Assembly (NCBI GenBank): GCA_963716255.1
Contig: OY970303.1
Coordinates: 6,880,001 to 6,944,000 of the forward strand
Length of the DNA stretch: 64,000 nt
Direction of reading: 5' to 3'
DNA from: an uncultured Gemmatimonadales bacterium
GTDB taxonomy: Bacteria; Gemmatimonadota; Gemmatimonadetes; Longimicrobiales; Longimicrobiaceae
The number at the start of each line of letters is the position of its first letter. Positions within the stretch are counted from its first letter, which is position 1. Positions 30,001-38,649 of this stretch are shown here, in pieces. The position numbers and the translations under genes were made by a program. The notes under the pieces are model-generated. The model made no database searches. It was not told the DNA's origin and saw only the letters and a list, made by a program, of their open reading frames with translations.

Positions 30001-32781
30001 TACTCCGGGGCGACGGTGGCGCAGGTGGCCGGGGCGCTGCGCGAGGTGCGCGCCTCCGGCGCCGCGCCCCTCGCGGACGACGCGGCGCCGCCCGCGGGGG
30101 TGGATGCGTGGGTGCGCCCATGGACCGTCCGCATGGAGGAGCGGCCGCTGGCCCCGCCGCGCTCCGCGCGGGAGCCCGGCGCGTGGCGCGTCCTGGGCGG
30201 CGGCGGCGATCCGCTCGCCGCCGCGCTCGCGGGCCGGAGCGGCGCCCTCCCCGGCGGCGGCGTGGTCGTCTGCCTCCCCGCGGAGCCGGACGGGACCGCC
30301 GTGGACCTGCTCCTCCAGGCGGCGCGCGCCCTGGAGGACCCCCCGGGCGGCGTGCTCGTGGTGGCGCAGCGCGGCGGCGGGGGCGCGGGCTTCGCCCGCA
30401 CGCTGCACCTGGAGCGCCCGGGGACCGGGGTGGCCGTCGTGGACGTGCCCCCGGACGACCCGCGCGCGGCCGGGTGGGTGGCGGCGGAGGCCGCGGCCGC
30501 GCTCCCCGGCCGCTACGCGGAGGCGCGCTACGGCGCGGACGGCGTCCGCCGCGAGCCGGTGCTCGCCGCCACGCCGGCGGGCGCGGGCGGCGCGCTCCCG
30601 CTCGGCCCGGACGACGTGCTCCTGGTGACGGGGGGAGGGAAGGGGATCGCGGCGGAGTGCGCCCTGGCGCTCGCGCGCGCGAGCGGCGCCCGCCTGGCGC
30701 TCCTCGGCCGCTCCCGCCCGGAGTCCGATGCCGCCCTCGCCGCCAACCTGGAGCGCTTCGCGGCGCACGGGATCGTCTTCCGCTACCACGCCGCGGACGT
30801 GGGCGACCCGGCGGCGGCGGCCGCCGCCGTCCGCGCCGCCGGGGCCGCGCTGGGGCCGGTGACCGGGGTGCTGCACGGCGCCGGGCACAACCTGCCGCGG
30901 CGGATCGAGGCGCTGGACGCGGACGCCTTCCGCGAAGCGCTGCGCCCCAAGACCGACGGGCTCCGCGCCGTGCTCGCCGCTGCGGATCCCGGGCGGCTGC
31001 GCCTGCTGGTCGCCTTCTCGTCCATCATCGCCCGCACCGGGCTGCGCGGCGAGGCGCACTACGCGCTCGCCAACGAGTGGATGGGCCGCGAGGTGGAGCG
31101 CTTCGCCGGCGCGCACCCCGGCTGCCGGTGCCTGTCGCTGGAGTGGTCGGTCTGGTCGGGGGTGGGGATGGGGGAGCGGCTGGGCGTGCTGGAGGGGCTG
31201 GCGCGCGAGGGCGTCACCCCCATCCCGGTGGACGCCGGCGTCGCGGCGCTCCTGGGCCTGCTCGCCGCCCCGCCGCCCGCGGTGTGCGTGACCGTCGCGG
31301 GGCGCTTCGGCCCGCCGCCCACGGTGCGCCTGGAGGGGGCGGAGCTTCCCCTGCGGCGCTTCCTGGAGCGTCCGCGCGTCCACTACCCGGGCGTGGAGCT
31401 GGTGGCGGACAGCGTCCTCGCCCCGGCCACGGACCCGTACCTGGAGGACCACGTCGTCCGCGGCGAGCGGCTGTTCCCGGCGGTGATGGGGCTGGAGGCG
31501 ATGGCGCAGGCGGCGATGGCGCTCGCCGGCGCCGCCGGGCGTCCCGTCTTCGAAGAGGTGGCCTTCCAGCGGCCGGTCGTGGTCCCCGCCGGGGGGAGCG
31601 AGACGATCCGCGTGGCGGCGCTCGCGCGCGGCGCAGGCGAGGTGGAGGTGGTGCTGCGCGCGGAGGCGACCGGCTTCGCGGTGGACCACTTCCGCGCGCG
31701 CTGCCGCTTCGGGGCGGCGCCGGCCGCCGCCGCCGTGCCGCCCGCCGCGGCGCCGGGCGCCGTGGCGCTGGACCCCGCGCGCGACCTGTACGGCGGACTC
31801 CTCTTCCACGGCGGGCGCTTCCGCCGGCTGGCCGGCTACCGCCGCCTCGCCGCCCGCGAGTGCGTGGCCGACGTGACCGCGGGGGACGGCGCCCCCTGGT
31901 TCGGCGCGTTCCTCCCCGCCGCGCTGGAGCTGGGCGACCCCGGCGCGCGCGACGCCGCCATCCACGCCGTCCAGGCCTGCATCCCCCACGCGCTCCTCCT
32001 TCCCGTCGGCGTCGAGCGCATCGCGGCGTACGGGCCGGCCGCCGGGCCCGTCACCGTCCACGCCCGCGAGCGGTCCGGCGACGGCGAGAATTTCGTGTGG
32101 GACGTGGTGGTGGCGGACGGCGAGGGGCGGGTCGCCGAGCGGTGGGACGGGCTGCGGCTCCGCCGCGTGGCCGACCTGCCGGTGCGGGACGAGTGGCCGG
32201 AAGCGCTCCTCGCGCCGTACCTGGAGCGCCGCATCGGCGAGCTCGCCCCCTCCGGTAGCGTCCGCGTCGCCCTGCACCCGGGCGGCGCCGGAAACGGCCG
32301 GCGGCGCGGGAGCGACGCGGCGCTGGGCGAGGCGGCCGGCGGCGGGGCGGTGCTCCGCCGCCCGGACGGCAGGCCGGAGGTGCCCGGCGGGCCCATGGTG
32401 TCCGCGTCGCACGGCCGCGCCGTCACGCTGGGGGTCGCCGGGCCCGGCGTGGGCGCCGACGTGGAGCGCGTGGTGCCCCGTGCGTCGGCGGCCTGGCGCG
32501 GCCTGCTGGGCGCCGAGCGGCAGCGGCTGGCGGAGCGCGTCGCGGCGGAGTCCGGCGAGGACGGCGACACCGCCGCCACCCGGGTGTGGTGCGCGGGGGA
32601 AAGCCTGAAGAAGGGGGGCGTCGCGCCCGACGCGCCGCTGGTGCTGGCCTCGGCCTCCGCGGACGGCTGGGTTGTGCTGCGCTCCGGCCCGCGGGTGATC
32701 CCCACCTACGCGGCGCGGGTGCGGGGCGAGGGGCCGCTCGCCCTGGCAGTGGCGATGGAGCCGGACGGAAGCGGAGGGTAG
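27046..32781 (+). CDS. pksE: Iterative enediyne PKS, KS-AT-ACP-KR-DH-PPTase (~1911 aa)
   Basis: GTG overlaps the E5 stop. KS GGLSNTIAGRICN…DGACASSL, EGHGTGT, GHTKAAAG; AT GHSLG and HAFHS; central ACP DLHLNSI; KR GGGKGI and YALAN; DH H-x-x-RGERLFP; PPTase WCAGESLKK. Confidence 0.96.
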   Translation: MTPGIAIVGLACRYPDAPTPAALWENALAQRCAFRPIPPERLRLADYAGEPDGTYVAEAAVLEGWEFDRVRFRVSGEAFRAADPAHWLALEVAADALADAGFPGGEGLPREAAGVLLGNSLTGEFSRAGALRLRWPYARRVADAALAEAGWGAAERGRLLRAMEAAFKAPFPEPGGETLAGGLSNTIAGRICNQFDLHGGGYTVDGACASSLLAVASACSALAAGELDVALAGGVDLSLDPFELVGFARVGALAAGEMRVFDRRPGGFLPGEGCGMAVLMRLSDALALRRAPYATIRGWGISSDGQGGLTRPEVAGQLLALRRAYARAGFGAETVALFEGHGTGTEVGDATELRALSEARGGGGAIPPAVVGSVKAIVGHTKAAAGIAGMIKAAMALHAQVVPPTAGCREPHPELCGGARALRAEAEGGAWPAGFPLRAGVSSFGFGGINAHVALEGVSPERSGAVPAAVEALLRSHQDAELFLLDADDAPGLVRRAERLRERGARLSRAELGDAAAALHAELAGGRVRAALVAATAAELARRADVLLGWLRSGAERGVDARGGVFLGAADAAPRVGFLFPGQGSPSYPGGGLARRRFPAFAAAYRGAGPSAGGDDIATEVAQPAIAAASAAALALLRELGIEAAAAVGHSLGELAALHWGGALSAEALLRTAAARGRAMAELGEAGGAMLAVRAPADDVRALLAGTDAVVAGVNAPDRTAVAGPAAAVERVAERAAARGWEARRLAVSHAFHSPLVAAAAGPLARHLAAEEVAPLARKVASTVAGRVLSPDDDLRALLARQVTAPVLFCDALAALRDAVELWIEVGPGRVLAGLAAEQVDAPVLATDAGGPSVAGVLASAGCAWALGAPVRTAALFAGRFVRPIDLDRAPRFLASPCEAAPVDSGCAAPAAAEPRPIPGSADPAASELETVRALVAERAELPAAAVGDGDLLLGDLHLNSIVVGQLVVEAARRLGLAAPAMPAEYSGATVAQVAGALREVRASGAAPLADDAAPPAGVDAWVRPWTVRMEERPLAPPRSAREPGAWRVLGGGGDPLAAALAGRSGALPGGGVVVCLPAEPDGTAVDLLLQAARALEDPPGGVLVVAQRGGGGAGFARTLHLERPGTGVAVVDVPPDDPRAAGWVAAEAAAALPGRYAEARYGADGVRREPVLAATPAGAGGALPLGPDDVLLVTGGGKGIAAECALALARASGARLALLGRSRPESDAALAANLERFAAHGIVFRYHAADVGDPAAAAAAVRAAGAALGPVTGVLHGAGHNLPRRIEALDADAFREALRPKTDGLRAVLAAADPGRLRLLVAFSSIIARTGLRGEAHYALANEWMGREVERFAGAHPGCRCLSLEWSVWSGVGMGERLGVLEGLAREGVTPIPVDAGVAALLGLLAAPPPAVCVTVAGRFGPPPTVRLEGAELPLRRFLERPRVHYPGVELVADSVLAPATDPYLEDHVVRGERLFPAVMGLEAMAQAAMALAGAAGRPVFEEVAFQRPVVVPAGGSETIRVAALARGAGEVEVVLRAEATGFAVDHFRARCRFGAAPAAAAVPPAAAPGAVALDPARDLYGGLLFHGGRFRRLAGYRRLAARECVADVTAGDGAPWFGAFLPAALELGDPGARDAAIHAVQACIPHALLLPVGVERIAAYGPAAGPVTVHARERSGDGENFVWDVVVADGEGRVAERWDGLRLRRVADLPVRDEWPEALLAPYLERRIGELAPSGSVRVALHPGGAGNGRRRGSDAALGEAAGGGAVLRRPDGRPEVPGGPMVSASHGRAVTLGVAGPGVGADVERVVPRASAAWRGLLGAERQRLAERVAAESGEDGDTAATRVWCAGESLKKGGVAPDAPLVLASASADGWVVLRSGPRVIPTYAARVRGEGPLALAVAMEPDGSGG

Positions 32782-32820
32782 GGCGAACCACACAGGGCCC
32801 CCAACGGGGCGGGAGGAGCC

Positions 32821-33351
32821 ATGGCACACGTCGCCGTCGCGGAGGGGAGGCCGGGGATCGTCGGCCTGCTGGAGGGCTACCCGGAGACCGGGACGCTGCT
32901 GAACGGCCTGGCGCAGGCGCTCCTGCGCACCGCCGACGGGCTGAGCCCCGCCGAGCGGGAGCTGATCGCCGCCCACGTGTCGTCGCTGAACCGCTGCGTC
33001 TTCTGCACCGCCGCGCACGCCGCGGCCGCGCGCCACCTGCTGGGGGACGCGGCCGCGGTGGAGGCGGTGACCCGCGACGGGGGCGGCCTCCAGGCGAGCC
33101 CCAGGCTCCGCGCGCTCCTGGCGATCGCGGCGCGCGTGCAGCGGGGCGGGCGGGAGGTGGGCGACGACGACGTGCGCGCGGCGCGCGCGGAGGGGGCGAC
33201 CGACCGCGAGATCCACGACACCGTCCTGATCGCCGCCGCCTTCTGCATGTACAACCGCTACGTGGACGGCCTGGCGACCTGGGCGCCCGACGACCCGGCC
33301 GCCTACGACCAGATCGGGGCGCACCTGGCCGCGCATGGCTACGGCGGCTGA
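32821..33351 (+). CDS. AhpD/carboxymuconolactone decarboxylase-family peroxidase-like protein
   Basis: LSPAERELIAAHVS.LNRCVFCTAAH (CxxC..H) and FCMYNRYVDGL. Confidence 0.85.
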   Translation: MAHVAVAEGRPGIVGLLEGYPETGTLLNGLAQALLRTADGLSPAERELIAAHVSSLNRCVFCTAAHAAAARHLLGDAAAVEAVTRDGGGLQASPRLRALLAIAARVQRGGREVGDDDVRAARAEGATDREIHDTVLIAAAFCMYNRYVDGLATWAPDDPAAYDQIGAHLAAHGYGG

Positions 33352-33808
33352 CGCGGCCGTCCCCGCCCCGCCGCTTCTCCGGGGGGACGCGCCCGCCTAC
33401 GAGTACCGGCACGTGGTGGGGTTCGAGGAAACCAACCTGGTGGGCAACGTCTACTACGCCAACCACGTGCGCTGGCAGGGGCGGGTCCGGGAGATGTTCC
33501 TGCGCGACCGCGCGCCGGAGGTGCTGGAGGCGCTGGCGGACGGCCTGGCGCTGGTCACCACGCGCGTGTCGTGCGAGTACTTCGCCGAGCTGGCCGCCTT
33601 CGACGAGGTGGTCGTCCGCATGCGGCTGGGCGCCATCGCCCAGAACCGGGTGGGGATGCGCTTCGAGTACTGGCGCCGCCGCGCGGAGGGCGAGGTGCTG
33701 GCCGCCCGCGGCGAGCAGGAGGTGGCGTGCATGCGCCGCGAGGGGGGCGCGCTGGTGCCCGCCCCGGTCCCCGCCGCGCTGCGGGCGGCGCTCCTGCCGT
33801 ACGGCTGA
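33335..33808 (+). CDS. tebC: Enediyne hot-dog thioesterase E10 (TEBC)
   Basis: YEYRHVVGFEETNLVGNVYY…WQGR.REMFL is the E10/CalE7-type signature. Confidence 0.93.
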   Translation: MATAADAAVPAPPLLRGDAPAYEYRHVVGFEETNLVGNVYYANHVRWQGRVREMFLRDRAPEVLEALADGLALVTTRVSCEYFAELAAFDEVVVRMRLGAIAQNRVGMRFEYWRRRAEGEVLAARGEQEVACMRREGGALVPAPVPAALRAALLPYG

Positions 33809-33886
33809 CCGGGCGGAGCAGGCTCCCCGGGCGCCTCGGCCGCCGATCCGTTTCCCATGCTCATCCCGCGACAAGGAGCACCACAA

Positions 33887-35095
33887 ATGGCACAGTCGCA
33901 GACCCTGGAAGAGCTCTTCGGGCGCAGCGCGAAGCGGGCCGCGAACGCGGAGCTGGCGCTGGACGTGACGGACTTCGTGGACGGCACGTACGTGGTGGAG
34001 CCCCGCGTGGAGATCAAGGCACGGGCCAGGGAGCCGCAGTCCGTGCCCCTGCGCCTCCGGCCGGGGGAGCGCCTGAAGGTCGCCGTGACCTCGGGAAAGG
34101 CGGAGGTCCGCCGGGACCGGTACACCGGGCAGCTGCTGATCACGCCCGCCGGGGACGAGCCGGTCTCGGCGCGCGCCACGGCGTCCGCCCGCCTCCGGTC
34201 CGGGGCGCTGGAGCTCGTCTCGCCCGAGGAGCCGATCGGCATCTCCGGCGACCGCATCTCCGCCGCCGAGGGGAGGATCGTGCTGGCCGGCGGGGGCGCC
34301 TGCGCCAGCCAGCTCATGACGGCCGGCATCGCCGTGGAGGTCCGGGTTCGCGCCGCCGTCATGGCGAACGTCATCCCCCGCTCCGAGACCGAGCGGCGCA
34401 TCAACTGGAAGCACGCGACCTACTTCGCCTTCGACGCCAACGTGGGGCTCATGCGCCTCACCTACAACCCGGACCGGCAGTCGCGCCTGGAGATGCGCGC
34501 GCAGGCCTCGAAGCGGAGGCTGAAGGTCAACGAGTTCTTCCCCGGCACGGGGCGCAACCAGCTGTACTTCCTCCTGGAGTTCCTGGACCTGGGGGTCACG
34601 GCCTTCAACCCGGACCCCATGGTGCAGACGGTGGAGCGGATCGACTGGCCGCCCTTCACCCAGGTGCTGGGAATCGACCGGCCGGTGGACTTCGTCGACG
34701 TGGAGGACCCCGGCCGCGTGGTCCTGCGCCTGGAGAAGCAGACCATGCACCTGTACGACTACAACTCCATCGACGTGGAGCTCCTGGGCCGCAAGATCAC
34801 CCGCGACGGACGGCTGGTGACCCGGTGGAGGATCGGCAACCAGGCCAGGGTCCCCATCCGCTCGCGCTGGTTCGCGCTCGGCGACTTCGCGCGGGGCGGC
34901 ACCCCGGCGGAGGGGAACCGGATGCTGGGGCCGGTGGGCTCGGGGTGGGACCGCTTCGAGTTCGAGTGGGAGGCGCCGGTGCGGAAGTCCACGCTGCGCC
35001 AGTCCGTCAGCATGAACGTGGTGAGCCTCACGGAGCCGGTGGTGGCCGGGATCCACCGGCTGGACTTCCACTACCCCGAGCCGTCCCGGCAGTAG
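33887..35095 (+). CDS. Hypothetical beta-rich protein (402 aa)
   Basis: AAGGAG RBS, coding-like composition, no recognised family. Confidence 0.75.
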   Translation: MAQSQTLEELFGRSAKRAANAELALDVTDFVDGTYVVEPRVEIKARAREPQSVPLRLRPGERLKVAVTSGKAEVRRDRYTGQLLITPAGDEPVSARATASARLRSGALELVSPEEPIGISGDRISAAEGRIVLAGGGACASQLMTAGIAVEVRVRAAVMANVIPRSETERRINWKHATYFAFDANVGLMRLTYNPDRQSRLEMRAQASKRRLKVNEFFPGTGRNQLYFLLEFLDLGVTAFNPDPMVQTVERIDWPPFTQVLGIDRPVDFVDVEDPGRVVLRLEKQTMHLYDYNSIDVELLGRKITRDGRLVTRWRIGNQARVPIRSRWFALGDFARGGTPAEGNRMLGPVGSGWDRFEFEWEAPVRKSTLRQSVSMNVVSLTEPVVAGIHRLDFHYPEPSRQ

Positions 35096-35099
35096 CGCC

Positions 35100-36281
35100 A
35101 TGCGTTCCGGGGAGGTCGAGGGGGTGGACACGCCCCCGGGGCGGTGGGCCGCCCTCCTCAAGCTGGACGTGGCGGGGGATAGCCGCGCGGAGGGAGTGGC
35201 CGCGCTGCGCGCCGTGGGCGAGGTGCTGGGCCGCGCAGGGCGGGCGGGGAGCGGCCGCGGAGCGACCGCCCTGGTGGGGTTCTCCGCGCGCTTCTTCCGC
35301 GGCCCCCTCCGCCGCGGGCGCGACGAGTCGGGAGGCCCGGCGACCCGTTTCGGGATCACCGCGCCGGTGCCCCCCTGCCTGCGGCGGATGGATGCCCGGG
35401 GCGACGAGCGCTTCGCGGCGCTCGCCGGCGACCCGTGCCTGGCCGGGTGCGAATCGGACCTCCTGGTCCTGGCGGAGGCGCACACCGCGGCGGAGCGCCG
35501 GACGCTGAGGCGGATCGTGCGGGAGACCGCCGCGCTGCGCTGCGTGCGCCTGAACGCCGTGGAGCACGGGGCGAGGCGCGCCGACGGACGCGGCCCCGAC
35601 GGGTACCGCGACGGGGTGAGCAACCTGCAGGACCTCCGCAGGACGGAGCGGGAGCGCTACCGGCGCTACGTGTACGCGGGGGAGGACGACGCCGGGAGTC
35701 CCGCCCTGGCGGGGGGGACGTACCTGGTCTACCGCAAGTACGTGGAGCACCTGGACCGGTGGCTCTCGGACTCGTTCACGGTGGTGGACGCGCAGGGGAA
35801 GGCGCACGTGGGGGAGGCGGCGCGGGAGCGTGCCATGGGGCGCGCGGCCGGGGACGGCAGGGTGGTGCACCGGGAGAGCGGCGAGGCGCTGGCCCCCCAG
35901 CCCGACTGCGCCGAGGGGCGCTTCGCCCCGGACGAGTCGCACGTGCGGCACGCCAACCCGCGCGGCGAGGGGCACACGCAGTTCGGCGCGCCGGTGTGCC
36001 CCCGCGACGTCCGGATCCTGCGCCGCAGCTTCCCGTTCCGGGATACCGACCCGGCGACCGGCAGGGTGCGGAGGGGGCTCCTCTTCCTCTGCTTCCAGGC
36101 GAACATCCAGGAGCGCGGGTTCGAGTACGTCCACAACCACTGGCTGATGGCCGCGGGCTTCCTGGGGTGCCGCGACGCGTTCCTGGACCCCGCGGCGGGG
36201 GTGATCGAGCCCGTGGACGGGTGCTACTACTTCGTCCCTCCCGCCGGTGGGGGGAGCTTTCCGGGGGCGCCGTTCTTCTGA
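35100..36281 (+). CDS. DyP-type heme peroxidase
   Basis: GYRDGVSN (GxxDG), GGTYLVYRK, SHVRHANPR (proximal His), ILRRSFPF, GLLFLCFQ. Confidence 0.88.
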   Translation: MRSGEVEGVDTPPGRWAALLKLDVAGDSRAEGVAALRAVGEVLGRAGRAGSGRGATALVGFSARFFRGPLRRGRDESGGPATRFGITAPVPPCLRRMDARGDERFAALAGDPCLAGCESDLLVLAEAHTAAERRTLRRIVRETAALRCVRLNAVEHGARRADGRGPDGYRDGVSNLQDLRRTERERYRRYVYAGEDDAGSPALAGGTYLVYRKYVEHLDRWLSDSFTVVDAQGKAHVGEAARERAMGRAAGDGRVVHRESGEALAPQPDCAEGRFAPDESHVRHANPRGEGHTQFGAPVCPRDVRILRRSFPFRDTDPATGRVRRGLLFLCFQANIQERGFEYVHNHWLMAAGFLGCRDAFLDPAAGVIEPVDGCYYFVPPAGGGSFPGAPFF

Positions 36282-36296
36282 ACGGGGACGGCCGGG

Positions 36297-36740
36297 TCAG
36301 CCGGTGGCGAGTACCCGCGCCAGCGCCGCGGTGAAGTGCTCCCATCCCGCCCGGACCTGCTCCCGGGCCTCGCGGCCGGCGGGGGTGTCCGCGTAGGGGC
36401 CGTGGGTGAGGGTCAGCCGGGTGCCGCCCCCGGAGAGCGCCCGGAAGGCGACGCGGACCTCGCGGTCGGGCGCCTCCGGCTCGTGCTCCCACCGCCAGGT
36501 GAAGCGCAGCAGCGCCGCCGGCTCCAGCTCCATGATGCGGCCCGCGAGGCGCCACCCCATGGAGGGCCAGCCGAGGAGGTACGCCCCACCGGGGCGGGGC
36601 TCCACCTCGGCGGCCTGCGGCCACCAGAGGCAGAGACGCCCGGGGTCGATCCAGTGGTCGAAGAGGTCCCCCGGGGCGGTCCCGGGGAAGTCGCCCGCGA
36701 GCGACAGGTACTCTCCCCTGTCCGGAATCTCCTGGAGCAT
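36297..36740 (-). CDS. SRPBCC/AHSA1 (START-like) protein, candidate CalC-type self-resistance
   Basis: 'LFDHWIDP.RL..WW', EPRPGG.Y, LRFTW, GTRLTLTH, GWEHF. Confidence 0.85.
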   Translation of the reverse strand: MLQEIPDRGEYLSLAGDFPGTAPGDLFDHWIDPGRLCLWWPQAAEVEPRPGGAYLLGWPSMGWRLAGRIMELEPAALLRFTWRWEHEPEAPDREVRVAFRALSGGGTRLTLTHGPYADTPAGREAREQVRAGWEHFTAALARVLATG

Positions 36741-36882
36741 CGCGTCCCGGGAGTGAGGGTAGCCGGAAATCGTCCGCCCGCCGGGCGGACGGGGCCTCCG
36801 CAAGCTAGCGCGGGCCGGGGCACGGAGCCAGCGGGATCCCGCTGCCGCCGGAGTGTGTGCATCCACCACGAGGGGAGCAGCC

Positions 36883-37779
36883 ATGTACACGTTCAACGAG
36901 GAGCTGTCCGCCCCCGTGGGGACCGTCCATTCCACCACGCTGGACGCGAGCGGGGAAGCGGTGGGCGGCGAGTGCCGGCCTCCCACGCTGGCCTCGCGCC
37001 GGCAGGCGGTGGAGCGGGCCATCCGCATGATGCGGGAGCGCTACCCGGACCCGCTTTCCCTGGACGACATGGCGCGGGCGGCGTTCTTCAGCCGCTACCA
37101 CTTCAACCGCATGTTCCGGCACCTCACCGGGCTCCCGCCGGGGCGCTTCCTGGCCGCGATCCGGCTGGAGGCCGCCAAGCGGCTCCTCCTGACCACGCGG
37201 TTCAGCATCACCGCCGTGTGCTTCGAGGTGGGCTACAACAGCGTGGGCACCTTCACCAGCCACTTCACCGAGTACGTGGGCATTCCGCCGCACCGCCTGC
37301 GGCACGTCCCGCGGGAGATGCTGGAGCGCGTGCTGGGGCTGGCGCGCAGCCGTCCGCCGGCCGCGCCGCGGGAGCCCGGCACCGGCCTCGCGGCGACGCT
37401 GCGCCTGGCCGCGCCCGCCGACTCCAGCGGGCCCGTGTTCGTGGGTCTGTTCGCCACGCCGGTGCCCCGGGGGCGGCCGCTGGCCTGCGTGGTGGCCGAG
37501 GGCCCGGGCGAGGTGTCGCTCCCCCTCCGGGAGGAGGGGTGCTGGGCCTTCGCGGTGCGCATTCCCGTGTGCGGCGACCCCGCCACCGCGCTGCTGTGCG
37601 AGAGCGCCCCGCGCGGCCGGGCGGGGCCGCTCGGCCCGGGGCGCGCCGCCGCCGCCGTGGAGCTGACGCTGCGCCCCCCGGAGCTGATGGACCCCCCCGT
37701 GCTCGTCGCGCTCCCGTTCCTCCTCGCCGACCGGCTGGAGGAGGGCCATGCCCCCGCCGCCGCTCCGCTCGTCGCCTGA
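36883..37779 (+). CDS. AraC-family regulator (N-terminal double HTH, C-terminal accessory domain)
   Basis: LSLDDMARAAFFSRYHFNRMF…RLEAAKRLL…ITAVCFEVGYNSVGTFTSHF. Confidence 0.92.
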   Translation: MYTFNEELSAPVGTVHSTTLDASGEAVGGECRPPTLASRRQAVERAIRMMRERYPDPLSLDDMARAAFFSRYHFNRMFRHLTGLPPGRFLAAIRLEAAKRLLLTTRFSITAVCFEVGYNSVGTFTSHFTEYVGIPPHRLRHVPREMLERVLGLARSRPPAAPREPGTGLAATLRLAAPADSSGPVFVGLFATPVPRGRPLACVVAEGPGEVSLPLREEGCWAFAVRIPVCGDPATALLCESAPRGRAGPLGPGRAAAAVELTLRPPELMDPPVLVALPFLLADRLEEGHAPAAAPLVA

Positions 37780-38233
37780 GCCCGCGCCCGTCGCGGAGGC
37801 CGGCCTGCGCGTGCCGGCGGCGGCGCTGGGCGCCGTGCGGGCGCACGCGGCCGCGGCGTACCCGGAGGAGTGCTGCGGCTTCCTGCTGGGGCGGGAGCCG
37901 GACGGGGCGCGCGCGGTGGTGCGCGCCGTCCCGGCCGAGAACCGCTGGGAGGGCGGCCGGGGCGCGCGCTTCCTGATCCCGGCGGACGCGGTGCGCCGGG
38001 CGGAGGCGGAGGCCGCGCGGGAGGGGCTGGCGCTGGTGGGCTTCTACCACTCCCACCCGGACGGGCGGGCGGAGCCCTCCGGCCTGGACCGGGAGCACGC
38101 GTGGCCCTGGTACAGCTACCTGATCGTGGCGGCGGGGCGGGACGGGGCGGGGGAGGCGCGCAGCTGGCGCCTGCGCGACGACCGCTCGGGGTTCCGGGCC
38201 GAGGACGTCCTTTTCACCGGGGAGGAGCCATGA
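37748..38233 (+). CDS. JAMM/MPN+ (Mec+/M67) metalloprotease
   Basis: YPEECCGFLLG and GFYHSHPD…PSGLD JAMM motif; start uncertain (GTG 37811 possible). Confidence 0.88.
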   Translation: MPPPPLRSSPEPAPVAEAGLRVPAAALGAVRAHAAAAYPEECCGFLLGREPDGARAVVRAVPAENRWEGGRGARFLIPADAVRRAEAEAAREGLALVGFYHSHPDGRAEPSGLDREHAWPWYSYLIVAAGRDGAGEARSWRLRDDRSGFRAEDVLFTGEEP

Positions 38234-38520
38234 GCGTACGGGTGCGGATTCCCATGGCGCTGCGGGCGTACGCCGGCCAGCGCGACGAGGTGGAGGTCCC
38301 GGCGGCCACGGTGGGAGACGCCCTGGCGCGCCTCGCCGAGCGCTACCCGCAGCTGGGGCGCCACCTCCTGGGCGACGACGGGCGCGTGCGCAGCTTCGTC
38401 GGCGTGTTCCTGAACGACGACGACGTGCGGCACCTGGGCGGCGCGGGCGCCGCGGTGTCCCCCGGCGACGTGGTGACCCTGGTTCCCAGCGTCGCGGGAG
38501 GGACCAGCCACCCCGCGTGA
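38230..38520 (+). CDS. MoaD/ThiS/CysO-type sulfur carrier with C-terminal extension (…VAGG-TSHPA)
   Basis: GGAGGAG RBS; VRIP..LR, TVGDAL..L..RYP, FLNDDDVR.L, GD.VTLVPSVAGG. Confidence 0.9.
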   Translation: MSVRVRIPMALRAYAGQRDEVEVPAATVGDALARLAERYPQLGRHLLGDDGRVRSFVGVFLNDDDVRHLGGAGAAVSPGDVVTLVPSVAGGTSHPA

Positions 38521-38645
38521 GGGTCCTCACCCGGCGGCCTTGGAGCCGCCACCCTCTCCCGGTTCTGGGAGAGGGGGCCGACTGCGGGTCCGGTGTAGTG
38601 CTCCCCCTCTCCCGCTTGCGGGGGAGGGGGTCGGGGGGAGGGGGC
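38521..38645. repeat. REP-like palindrome doublet
   Basis: CCCTCTCCC-ggttct-GGGAGAGGG and CCCCCTCTCCCGC-tt-GCGGGGGAGGGGG; the reverse complement matches 56346-56455. Confidence 0.8.
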
Positions 38646-38649
38646 CCCA

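Noticed and set aside
27046..32781. PKS as a PUFA synthase or modular PKS
   Set aside because: A single ACP between AT and KR, a C-terminal PPTase and flanking E3/E4/E5/E10 identify it as PKSE.
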